Origin: Pyrinomonadaceae bacterium
GTDB lineage: Bacteria > Acidobacteriota > Blastocatellia > Pyrinomonadales > Pyrinomonadaceae
Length of the DNA stretch: 64,000 nucleotides
NCBI GenBank assembly: GCA_014534425.1
Contig: JACVRN010000003.1
Span: 11,391 to 75,390, forward strand
Reading direction: 5' to 3'
The translations under genes were made by a program, and so were the position numbers. The notes beneath the pieces are model-generated. The model made no database searches and was not told the origin of the DNA. It was given only the letters and a program-made list of their open reading frames with translations. This document shows positions 36,656-45,800 of the stretch, one piece after another. The stretch's first letter is position 1. Each line of letters begins with the position of its first letter.

Positions 36656-36760
36656 TCAAAAGCCTGCCATCTGCGAAATGGCGGCTGTAGAGACGGCGAG
36701 CGTAATCAGTATCATGATGATGGCTGCCAGTTGCGCGAAGCTGTTAGCTACTTCCTTCAT
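36656..36760 (-). CDS. Candidate 34-aa hydrophobic micro-protein
   Basis: MKEVANSFAQLAAIIMILITLAVSTAAISQMAGF. A GGGGGGAG lies 5 nt upstream of the ATG, and a GGCGGCC/GGCCGCC hairpin lies downstream. The tracked 70-aa ORF is probably an over-extension. Confidence 0.35.
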   Translation of the reverse strand: MKEVANSFAQLAAIIMILITLAVSTAAISQMAGF

Positions 36761-37011
36761 CTCGACTCCCCCCAAAACAGTTCGTTGCACTTCTCTCAAA
36801 AAGATGTTGTGCAACGTCCATGCCAGCGCTCGTGAGAGAGGAAGAGAGCCGCGCACATCTTCATCCATTATGCATGTATAAAAGGGTTATGAGGCTGGTA
36901 GTAGAACAGAGCGCACGCGTCGAGAGTTGGCGCTCGCGTCAAGGTTTGGCTGATTATCGTACGCGGTTCTGGAATTTCAGGCTTCGAGGCGTGTTCTGAA
37001 AGTAGACAATT

Positions 37012-37902
37012 CTAGCGGAGTGGGGACAGGCGGCGGCGGTCTTCACGCTTTTCTGCCTGGCGGCGGCGCAGTTGATACCACTTGGGCGGCTCGCTCTCAG
37101 GCTCAAGCAGGCGCTGGATTCTGGCTATGGTGCGGCGCGCGGCCTCTTCGCCTGCGGCTATAAGCTCGTCTGCGCGCTTCATCTCGTCCCAGCGAATGTG
37201 GCCCACGCGCGGGCGTACGACTATGTCCGCGTCCTGAAGTTGCAGAACCGAGACCGTGCGCTGCACCACCATCATGGATTGAAAGATGACGCCGATGGCG
37301 GATTGCGGCGGCCCCAGAAATTTAGCGCCTTCTGCGTTAACGTCCACGGCTATGACTATGTCTGCGCCGAGCGAGCGGGCGGCGGCGGCAGGCACGTTGG
37401 CTACAAGCCCGCCGTCAACAAGCTGCCGACCGTGATCGTCCGTGACGGGCACGTACCAGCCGGGGATTGTGCAACTGGCGCGTATGGCAAACGGCACGTC
37501 GCCTTCGCCCGACAGAACGACGGCCTCGCCCGAATGAAGGTCTGTGGCGACAGCCGCGAACGGAATACGCATCTCTTCAAAGCGTGTGACGGGAAGATAT
37601 TTTCTAAGAAAATCTTCCATCCGCGCGTTGGATTGAACGCCGAGCCTTGAGAGCGTCATGCGACCCATGTCGCGCCAGCGAAGCGAACGACTGAGTTTCT
37701 CAATCTCTCCTAAACTCATGCCTGCGGCGAGCGCCCCGCCTGCAATCGAGCCTGCCGATGTGCCCGCCACGAAATCGACGGGGATGTTATTCTCGGCCAG
37801 AACCTTCAGCACCCCTACGTGCGCTATCCCGCGAGCAGCGCCGCCTGAGAGCGCCAGCCCCACCCTCTGCCTTTCCGGTTGTTCCACTCGCCTACGCCAC
37901 AT
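37012..37902 (-). CDS. Patatin-like phospholipase
   Basis: GGAARG (oxyanion hole), GTSAGS (GxSxG) and DGG (catalytic Asp). Confidence 0.85.
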   Translation of the reverse strand: MWRRRVEQPERQRVGLALSGGAARGIAHVGVLKVLAENNIPVDFVAGTSAGSIAGGALAAGMSLGEIEKLSRSLRWRDMGRMTLSRLGVQSNARMEDFLRKYLPVTRFEEMRIPFAAVATDLHSGEAVVLSGEGDVPFAIRASCTIPGWYVPVTDDHGRQLVDGGLVANVPAAAARSLGADIVIAVDVNAEGAKFLGPPQSAIGVIFQSMMVVQRTVSVLQLQDADIVVRPRVGHIRWDEMKRADELIAAGEEAARRTIARIQRLLEPESEPPKWYQLRRRQAEKREDRRRLSPLR

Positions 37903-37905
37903 AAA

Positions 37906-37950
37906 AGAGTCTAGAGAGTCCTGAGAGTCTTGAGAGTCTAGAGAGAGTCT
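37906..37950. repeat. Family-D arm (GAGAGTCT-type repeats), left arm of the hairpin enclosing the four-helix-bundle gene
   Basis: AGTCTAGAGAGTCCTGAGAGTCTTGAGAGTCTAGAGAG matches the reverse complement of 38322-38360 at about 34/38. Confidence 0.8.
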
Positions 37951-38318
37951 CTTCTGGAGATATTCAAATGCTTTCCCAGTGCCAGAGTCATGCGCGAAAC
38001 TTCATCGAGTAAAGTGTAAAGTTCATTAAAGGAATTTTGATCGATATAGTTTAAGTCTAAAGCTATATATAAATGCGATTGAACTTCAGCTACCGAGCCA
38101 TGAGACATGTTAAGAAAATTTGCGAACTCTTTGTCTGAACGCCTGCCGAGACCTTCTGCAATATTAGCCATTATAGAAACACTCGCGCGTCGAATCTGGT
38201 CTCGAAGCCCATAATCTTTAGCAAAATTTCCTTCTTCAGTAATCTTATAAACTCTGCACGTCACCTGCCGCGCCTTTTGGCATGCTTGTATATCTTCAAA
38301 TCTTTTGAAAGCGGCCAT
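37938..38318 (-). CDS. Four-helix-bundle protein (23S rRNA intervening-sequence protein family)
   Basis: DYGLRDQIRRASVSIMANIAEGLGRRSDKEFANFLNMSHGSVAEVQSHL is the family hallmark. Confidence 0.85.
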   Translation of the reverse strand: MAAFKRFEDIQACQKARQVTCRVYKITEEGNFAKDYGLRDQIRRASVSIMANIAEGLGRRSDKEFANFLNMSHGSVAEVQSHLYIALDLNYIDQNSFNELYTLLDEVSRMTLALGKHLNISRRDSL

Positions 38319-38362
38319 CTTCTCTCCAGACTCTCTGGACTCTCAAGACTCTCTAGACTGTT
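38319..38362. repeat. Family-D arm, right arm of the hairpin enclosing the four-helix-bundle gene
   Basis: CTCTCCAGACTCTCTGGACTCTCAAGACTCTCTAGACTG. This arm contains the gene's GGAGA ribosome-binding site. Confidence 0.8.
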
Positions 38363-38366
38363 TTTA

Positions 38367-39053
38367 TTATACAGGATTAAGAATGGTAATTTCTGCGCGT
38401 TCGCGTGCGGTGTCCAGGAAGGAGGTGGTTTCGGATTCTATCTTGTCTTCGGTGAGTTGGGCTTCGAGTTGTTTGCTTACCTGCTCGAAGGTGGGGACGA
38501 TGCGGCCAGGGTACTGGCGTTGAAAGCGGGGCGTGTAAACGTCGCGGTAATAATCCGAGACCTCTTTGGGCGTGATGACCGTGAAGGAGCGGAAGCGAAA
38601 GTCCAGGTACTTATCTATGGCCACGCGCTGTCGTATGATTTCGCGCAACTGTTCGCTGGTTAAGCCTACGCGCTGCACGCGCTCCATGAAATCGGCGCGC
38701 GATGGGAAGAGCGAAATCAGCGCGGCCAGCGCATCCGAGATTTCTTTGTCCGTAGGGTTAATGGTCGGGAGCTTTTCCGCCTCTTGGTAGATTAGACGCT
38801 GGTTGATGATGAGTTGCAGCGCGCGGTTCAAGGCTTCAGAGTTTGGATTGTCGACCGGCGTGTTGGGCTGAAGCGCCATCTGCCAGAGCAGGTCTGAGTA
38901 AGTAATCAGGTCTGTTCGCACGCCGCCGTTGACGGTCGCAACCATCTTATCAACGACCTCCTGCGCCTGAGAGCTTGAGGCTGAAAGAAGAAGAAGGAGC
39001 GACACCAGTAAGCACCGCGTTAATCTGCCGGATTTAATCTCATTCCTACTCAT
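38367..39053 (-). CDS. SurA N-terminal-domain chaperone-like protein (no PPIase domain seen)
   Basis: Signal peptide. MVATVNGG...ITYSDLLWQ resembles the SurA_N pattern. Confidence 0.6.
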   Translation of the reverse strand: MSRNEIKSGRLTRCLLVSLLLLLSASSSQAQEVVDKMVATVNGGVRTDLITYSDLLWQMALQPNTPVDNPNSEALNRALQLIINQRLIYQEAEKLPTINPTDKEISDALAALISLFPSRADFMERVQRVGLTSEQLREIIRQRVAIDKYLDFRFRSFTVITPKEVSDYYRDVYTPRFQRQYPGRIVPTFEQVSKQLEAQLTEDKIESETTSFLDTARERAEITILNPV

Positions 39054-39057
39054 GCTT

Positions 39058-39378
39058 CTACTCTTTCGATACTTCGTTCACGTATGGACGAGGGTCAAAT
39101 AGCGCGCCGCGTTCCTTTAGAATCTTGCAGACAACATCCGCGTATGTATCCTCTGCGGAAGATTCTGAGAGGCGCTGCAACTCTTCATCCGTGATGCTCA
39201 GGCGGCTAATCAAGCAGCCCATGAGCATCCACAGCAAGGCTTCGCTTCGGCTCGCAGCCGGATTGAATTCGTAAATCTCAAAGCGGTCGCTGTAAATATC
39301 ATCACAGATTCTTTTGAATTCATCTTCCGAAATCGTCTCGACATTTGCCGCCTTAACTTTTTCTTCTTCCGCGCGCAT
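39058..39378 (-). CDS. Hypothetical cytoplasmic protein
   Basis: A 106-aa ORF packed between bamA and the surA-like gene, with gaps of 15 and 4 nt. Confidence 0.45.
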   Translation of the reverse strand: MRAEEEKVKAANVETISEDEFKRICDDIYSDRFEIYEFNPAASRSEALLWMLMGCLISRLSITDEELQRLSESSAEDTYADVVCKILKERGALFDPRPYVNEVSKE

Positions 39379-39393
39379 AAGCTTCCTCTTTCG

Positions 39394-42300
39394 TCAGAAC
39401 GTCTGCGTGAAACGGAAATGAAGCTGGCCGTTCTTGAGCCGTGTCGTCACGGGCGCAAAGCCGGGCGCTTGCGGGACTAGAAACTCCGGCGGGTCGAGCA
39501 GGAATCCATAATCTATCGCAAGCGCTCCGCCGATAGGCGTGCGTATGCGAAGGCCCAGGCCGATGGTGTTCGTCCAGTTGGCGCGAAGGTTCGTTCTGCG
39601 TATACGCTCCGCGTCCTCTCTCAAGAACTCGTCTTCGATCCGCCTGCGTCCGAAGAGTTCGCTCGCAAAGCGAAAGACGTTGCCGCCGTCGTAGAAGGGA
39701 ACTATCTGAAAGCTGTTGACGATGGGGATGCGCGCCTCAAGATTGACGACCGCGACGGCGTTGCCGCCCGTAGGCACAAGGAAAGGGTCTACGAAAACAG
39801 GATTGCCTTCGCGGTCACGAAACTGTCCTACGGGGACGACCGTTTCGCGCGGGCCTGCCTCTTCGTAACCGAAGCCGCGCAGAGTCGTGGAGCCGCCGGA
39901 AAAGAATCTCTCGCTGATGGGAAGCGTCCTATCGGTGTCGTCTATCACGCCGTCGTCGTTACGGTCGGAAGGATTAAAGACGTTCGCAAGCCCCAATGTT
40001 ACGCTTCCGGCAAGCACAGTCCCGCGCGCTTTCTGCACTCGATAATAGCGTCGGTAGTTACCGAAGAACTTATTGAAGGAGAGACTGCTGCCGAGTTGTC
40101 TCAAGGCGAGACTGTAATCGAGCGTGAGAAAATCTCCGTTGGTCGCATCGGTCGCGCTGTATTCGCAGCGCGGGCGGACTGTTCCGGGCTGACGGTTCTG
40201 TTGCAGAAGTCGAGAACTGTTCTCAACGCACTTTTCACGCGTGTCGCGCACGAACGCCGCGCCGAAGCGCGAGAGCCTTACCGCGCGGTCGGGTTGCAGC
40301 ACGGGCTGAAGCAGAAGGCTCTCTATGTTGTAGAGACGCACGTCTTCGTAGTTGTAGCGCACGAAGATTATGCTGCGCGTGTCGCGGTCAAGAAGGCGCT
40401 GCGTCTCAAGATTGAAGGTGAAGCGGTTGATGGTTGGCTCGCCCACGCGCTCGCCGAACTGGTTGATGGGATTTCCTTCTTCATCAAGGCGCTGCACAAT
40501 GCCCTGGTTGCCGCGATCAATCCTTGAGCGGAAAAAGCGTGTGATGGTCGAATCCCTCTGGTACTGCGCGGAGATTGCGAGCGGCATGAACTGGTTATCG
40601 CCGTAGCGACGAAAGCGCGGGTCGAAGTATTCGAGGCGCAGAAGCTGCTGGCGGCGGCTGAAGCGCGCACGTGCCGCGCCCTGCTTCAACTCTCCGAAGA
40701 GATTGACGTTGCGTATGTCAAAGAAGCCAAGCGGGCCATTGTCCGTCGAATAGCCTCCGCCGTACTCGCGTATGCGCGGCTTCAATTCTTCGACATCAAT
40801 GATGACATCGTACTTCTTAAATCCCGCCTGGGTCTCGCCCGCAGGCTCCGTGGTGATGATGACCTGACGGAAGGCGTCCGTTTGATAAAGGATGCGCTCG
40901 CTTTCCGTGAGCTTATCAAGGCGCAGGACTTCGCCCGGAAAGAGCGGGATGGCGCTCAGGATTGCTTCCTTTTTGGTCAGGACGTTGCCGTTGACGCGTA
41001 TGTTGGCTATGAAGACCTTGTCGCCCTCTTTCGTAATCGTGTAAACGACCTTGACCTGCTCTTCGTAAGCCTGGTCTGAGATTGGTTTGTGCGGCAACTC
41101 TACGGTGGCGAAATCAACCTGGACGTTGATGTAGCCCTCCTGCGCGTAGAGGCTGGCGATGCGGTCTGCGTCGGCGCGCGAGGCCGAGCGAGAGAAGGGG
41201 CCGTTCAGCACAGTCCATTGAAGCTGGTCTCTCACCTGCGCGTCCGTGTAGATTTTGTTGCCGCGCACTTCGACGCCCGCGACTCGCGTCAAGGGGCCTT
41301 CGCGCACGTCGAAGGTGATGATTAGATTCTCGCCATTGAGTGACGCGCCCTGCCTGACCTCCACGGCTGTGCGCCGGTAGCCAAGGTCGCGCATGCGCGC
41401 TTCAATCATTCGTCTATCCTGATCCAGAAGCTCGCGGCTGGTGTAGCCGCGCCCGTAGCCCAAAATCGGAATGATGCCCAGGATTGAAGCCTTCTGCGTT
41501 CTCAAATCAGGGCGCACGTCTTCAATCGTGAGCTTGTTCGTGCCCGTCAGGCGAATGTCCGTGAGCTTGAAGCGGCGGCCCAACTCCACGTCATAAACTA
41601 TCTGAACGGAGCGGCCCGTCAATTCTTCGGGGTTCAAGTTGTTGCAGGTCTCGTTCGTTCCGTTCGGGATCGTGGCGGGCGTTGGTTGTATCACGGTGCA
41701 GATGGGCGTCACCTGCGCGAAGAAGTAGCCCTCTTCCTGTATGCGATTACGAAGGCGGCGTGCGCCTTCTTCAATGGCTCCGAGGTCGAGCGTGCCTTCG
41801 CGCTTGACGGGCAGAATCTCGCGCGCCTTCTTCTCCTTTAAACCTTCGTAGCCGCGAATCAGAACTTCAACCCTGGGGCCAATGCCGCCCGTGTAAGTGA
41901 TGTTGAAGCGATTGCCCTGCGGCTCGTAAATCGGTCGGGCTTCAATCGTCGGCGCAAGGTAGCCGCGAGCGATGATGGCCTGTCGAATGCGATTGATGTC
42001 GTCTGCGAGAGCCTGACGAGTAAACGGCGCGTTCTGCTGCAACTTGAGCGTGGGCAGGATGGGCGTCGGGTCAAAGTCTTTGATGTTGAAGACGGGGGCG
42101 CCGACGCGCGCCTGCTCGCCCAGTCGTATGCGGAAGGTTAAGATGACGCGCGTGCCCGTCTGGTCGCGCGTGTCCGGTTGCGTAGAGGCGTTGACTTCCG
42201 CGCCTATGAATCCTCTGTCGCGCAGGTAGGCTTGAATCAGGTCTGCGTTCGTCCTCAGCGTGGCTTCCGAAAGCCGCGCTCCAGGCTCAAGCATGTTGAG

Positions 42301-42768
42301 ACGAGCGCGCATCTCATCTTCCGAGACGGGCGCGCCCGGCGGCACAACGCCGAGGTCTATGACGACTTCGCTGACGCGCGTGGCGCGACGAATGACGAAA
42401 CGCACGCGTATTGGCCCGCGTTGCGTTGCAGTACTCGATTGCGCTCCTCCAGCGCGTGGCGGGCCAACGGCTTCAAAGATTTCGATGCGCGCGGAGGCGA
42501 CCATGCCAGAATCGAACAGGGCCTTGAGCGACTCGCGCCCGCGCACGGCCATGTACTCGTCGCCGACTCTGACCGTCAGGATGGATGCGAACTCGGCCTG
42601 TGCAGCAGCATCGGGCGGCGAGCCTTCAATCACAACCTCCACAGCCGCAACCGTGCGCCCGTCATAATCGCCAACGTCCACAGAGGCTTCGGCGCGCAGA
42701 CTCCCGCCTGCGGCTATCAAGAAAGCCGCCGCGACCATCATCATCTGAACGAAGATACGAAGCCTCAA
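39394..42768 (-). CDS. bamA: Outer membrane protein assembly factor BamA (Omp85 family), unusually long
   Basis: Signal peptide, multiple POTRA-like repeats and a C-terminal Omp85 barrel that ends ...GQLHFRFTQTF (terminal aromatic residue). Confidence 0.85.
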   Translation of the reverse strand: MRLRIFVQMMMVAAAFLIAAGGSLRAEASVDVGDYDGRTVAAVEVVIEGSPPDAAAQAEFASILTVRVGDEYMAVRGRESLKALFDSGMVASARIEIFEAVGPPRAGGAQSSTATQRGPIRVRFVIRRATRVSEVVIDLGVVPPGAPVSEDEMRARLNMLEPGARLSEATLRTNADLIQAYLRDRGFIGAEVNASTQPDTRDQTGTRVILTFRIRLGEQARVGAPVFNIKDFDPTPILPTLKLQQNAPFTRQALADDINRIRQAIIARGYLAPTIEARPIYEPQGNRFNITYTGGIGPRVEVLIRGYEGLKEKKAREILPVKREGTLDLGAIEEGARRLRNRIQEEGYFFAQVTPICTVIQPTPATIPNGTNETCNNLNPEELTGRSVQIVYDVELGRRFKLTDIRLTGTNKLTIEDVRPDLRTQKASILGIIPILGYGRGYTSRELLDQDRRMIEARMRDLGYRRTAVEVRQGASLNGENLIITFDVREGPLTRVAGVEVRGNKIYTDAQVRDQLQWTVLNGPFSRSASRADADRIASLYAQEGYINVQVDFATVELPHKPISDQAYEEQVKVVYTITKEGDKVFIANIRVNGNVLTKKEAILSAIPLFPGEVLRLDKLTESERILYQTDAFRQVIITTEPAGETQAGFKKYDVIIDVEELKPRIREYGGGYSTDNGPLGFFDIRNVNLFGELKQGAARARFSRRQQLLRLEYFDPRFRRYGDNQFMPLAISAQYQRDSTITRFFRSRIDRGNQGIVQRLDEEGNPINQFGERVGEPTINRFTFNLETQRLLDRDTRSIIFVRYNYEDVRLYNIESLLLQPVLQPDRAVRLSRFGAAFVRDTREKCVENSSRLLQQNRQPGTVRPRCEYSATDATNGDFLTLDYSLALRQLGSSLSFNKFFGNYRRYYRVQKARGTVLAGSVTLGLANVFNPSDRNDDGVIDDTDRTLPISERFFSGGSTTLRGFGYEEAGPRETVVPVGQFRDREGNPVFVDPFLVPTGGNAVAVVNLEARIPIVNSFQIVPFYDGGNVFRFASELFGRRRIEDEFLREDAERIRRTNLRANWTNTIGLGLRIRTPIGGALAIDYGFLLDPPEFLVPQAPGFAPVTTRLKNGQLHFRFTQTF

Positions 42769-42780
42769 CCTTATGCTCTA

Positions 42781-42850
42781 AAAAAGCTGTCAGCCATCAG
42801 CCGTCAGCGTTCAGCTTTTTTCTTTCGCTGATAGCCGATGGCTGACTGCT
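42781..42850. repeat. Family-A hairpin, (NNTCAGC)n heptad arms
   Basis: CTGTCAGC CATCAGC CGTCAGC GTTCAGC faces GCTGATAGCCGATGGCTGACTGC. It lies between the tamB stop and the bamA start. Confidence 0.8.
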
Positions 42851-42855
42851 ATTAA

Positions 42856-45800
42856 TCAAAATCGTTTGCGGAAACGAATCTCAAAACTGAAATTATCATT
42901 GCGCGAACTGAAGCCGTTGGCGGAGCCTTGTTCGTACTGGGCCACGAAAGAGAGCCTGTCAGAGACGCGATACTCGACGGCCAGTATTTGATTCTGGTCT
43001 GAGGTCACGTTGGTCGAATAAGTGACCGACAGTTCCTTGCTAATCGGCTGCGTCACGCGAAGCCTGGCAGTAGGGCTTGCGCCGCCACGGCCCGCAATCA
43101 ACGGGTCAAGCTCAAGGCTCAGGCCGTAAAGCTTACTGGTGGCGCGCCTCAAAGGCTCGTTGATGATGGTGTTGGCAAGCAGGCTCGCGGCAGTTCCGAC
43201 TCCTGATTGAGCAAGAACAGACGTGCCCGTGCCTTCCTGCGAAAGCTCGCCCGTCAAAATCAGTGAGACGACATCGACCTGCGGGAGCGCGGGGTCGCTT
43301 CTCACTGTGGCCGAAGGCTGCGAGAGCGGGCCGGTCAAATCCGCTATCACGCGATAGCCGCGAATCTCCGACTCGGCCTGAATATTCAAGATGGGGTCTG
43401 CGTCGCGTTGGGCCGGAAGGTCTATGAAGCCGCGCGTAACTTCATAGCGCTCGCGGCGGAAGTTGAGCGTGCCGCGCGAAGCAGTGATGCGACCCGCAAC
43501 TATAGGGTCTTCCACTGGCCCCGTGACGCGCAAAGAGACGGAGCCTACGACATCGGCCAGGTTGTTTCGCACGACCAGCGCGTCTCTTCCTTCAATCCTT
43601 AAATCGAGTTGAGTCGTTGCCGCGAGCGCTCCTTCGCCACTGCCTTCCGTGAGCGATGCTTCGCGCCTTTGATTAATTAAATCCGCAAGCTCTATGTCCT
43701 GCGTGTACTCTGCGCGGCGCAGCGTGACGGGGCCGGAGATGAAGGTCGTAATCACGCCCGTCGATGGCGAGCGCGAGCCGTTAATCTCAAGGTCTGCGTC
43801 GGCTGTGGTGCGGAAGCCTTCCGGGTACGGCACAGTCACCTGGTCGCCGTGGACGCTGAAGCGGAAGTTACGGGGCATGAAGCCCAAAAGCTGCGCGCCG
43901 CCCGTGACGTTGACGCGGCCTCCGCCGAGCGTGCCCGTCAGAGAGCTTATCTGTGCGAAGTTGGAATTGAAGATGACGCGGCCTTCTATGTTCGACATCT
44001 GCAATCGCTGGTCTGTGATGATAGCCGAAAGCGACGCGCCCGCGACCGACGCGGAGCCGTTCAGGCGAGGCTCTTCGTATGTCCCGCCAACGCTCACGCG
44101 CACGTCGGCTGTGCCCGCCAGGAAGAAGTCGGGCGAGAGACCGTTCAGGACGCGAAGGTTCAACTGGCCGTTGACGGTTAAGTTCTGATGTCCTCCGGGG
44201 CCTACGGCCAGGGTTCCGCCGAAGAGAACGTTCGTGCCCGTGCCCGTAAACTGCGTCTTTTCGAAAAAGATTTCGTCGCCGGAGAATTGCACCAGAAGAG
44301 GCGAGACGGCTGAAAGCTGCACGTCCTCTACCTGCACTGTCAGGTTAGTAAAGTTGGCGGTGCCCCTGAGTCCTCTGAAAGAAAATGCTCCTTCGTCCTC
44401 GTTATACAGATTTCCTTCGGCACTCAAGCGGCCAGAGGCGCGGCCCGTCACGGTGACGGCTGTGCCCGGCGGCAAGAGTGCCGCGAACAGTCCGGTCAAA
44501 TCCGCGTTCGCAAAGTTGGTCTCAATCTTTGCTGGCAGCAGCTTGTTGCCCAAATCCACGCTCGCGGTAATCACCTGCGGCTGGCCCAGGATGCCTGTCG
44601 TCAGACTCAGATTGAACTGGCGATCCTGTGTGCGGCCAACGAGCGATAGCTGCCCGGCCTCGCGCCCGTTGATTCTGACATCCCTGCCCGTGCCGTCAAT
44701 CGTCACCACGTAGGTTGAAAAGTCTGTGAAGATTCCTGTGGCATGCGCGTTGATGTCTGCGGTGCCGCTTATCTGCGGCACGCCGCCCGCGCCTCTGGCA
44801 AACGCTGTCAGCCGGTTAAGCTGAATGCCTGTGCCGTTCGCCGTAATGTCGAACTCCTTCGAATGCGTGTCGTAGTTCCCTTGGGCCACAATCGTTCCGG
44901 CATCAAAGCGCGCGTCCACTCGATTGAGATTCACTTTCGACCCAGTGAAGGTGGCCTGCGCCGTGATTGAGTCGAAGTGCTCGCCGCTCAAATAGCCAGG
45001 GCCGACGCGCAGGTTGGCGTCGCCCGACATGGCGTCCGGGAAGCCAGAGATTTTTATGCGCCCCGAAACGTCAGCCTGAAGGTCGCTGAGTTGCGCTGGC
45101 GAAGGCGTCGTCCCTGGGATGCTGGTGTCGCCGGACTGAAAAGCTGCCAGAAGATTTCCGGCATTGGCGCGGTCTAGCGTGGCGTCAACGGAGATGTTAT
45201 TTGTGCCCGTGCGCGGAGCATTCAAGGTGAACTGAACGCCGCCGCCGTCGCGCTCAGCGAGTTTGCCGTCCGTGACGTTTATCTCTGCGGGCGTTAAGTT
45301 GAGCGCGGCTGTCAGCGTGCCCAACTCACGCCCGTTGACAATCAGAGTCTCAAGCGAGGCTCGCCCCTCCACGCTCGGATTCTCCAGCCGCCCGCGCACA
45401 GTCCCGTTAAAGGTCAGCCGCCCGTCCAGCGCCACGTTGTAAGTATTAAGCTGCGCTTCCAGGGACGGCAGAAGCCCCGTCGAAGAGATTACGTTTTGAA
45501 GCTCCGAAGCGTCCGCCGCATTCAAATCAACGCGCAAGTCCGATTCGTCACGCGCGAATGAAAAGCGGCCCGAAGCCGTTAGCTCCGAAGACTGCGTGCG
45601 AAGGTTGGCCCGCTCTATCTCAAACAGTCCTGGCGTCCGAGCATTGAGCGCTACCGTTCCCGTCAGAGGATTCGTGCCCGTGGCGTCCGTGCCGGTCTCG
45701 CCCGTAAAGTCTGCGCGCACGGTGCCGGTGGCGGTGTTCTTAAAGTCCGTGCCGCGAAATGAAAGGTCTGCGGTGCCCGTGGCCTTGCCGGAAATGGGGA

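Noticed and set aside
36582-36881. A 99-aa plus-strand ORF and the full 70-aa minus-strand ORF (36656-36868) in the PBP1A-patatin gap.
   Set aside because: They have no motifs and no ribosome-binding site, and their composition looks non-coding. Only the internal 34-codon minus-strand ORF has a strong Shine-Dalgarno sequence, and even that call is low confidence.
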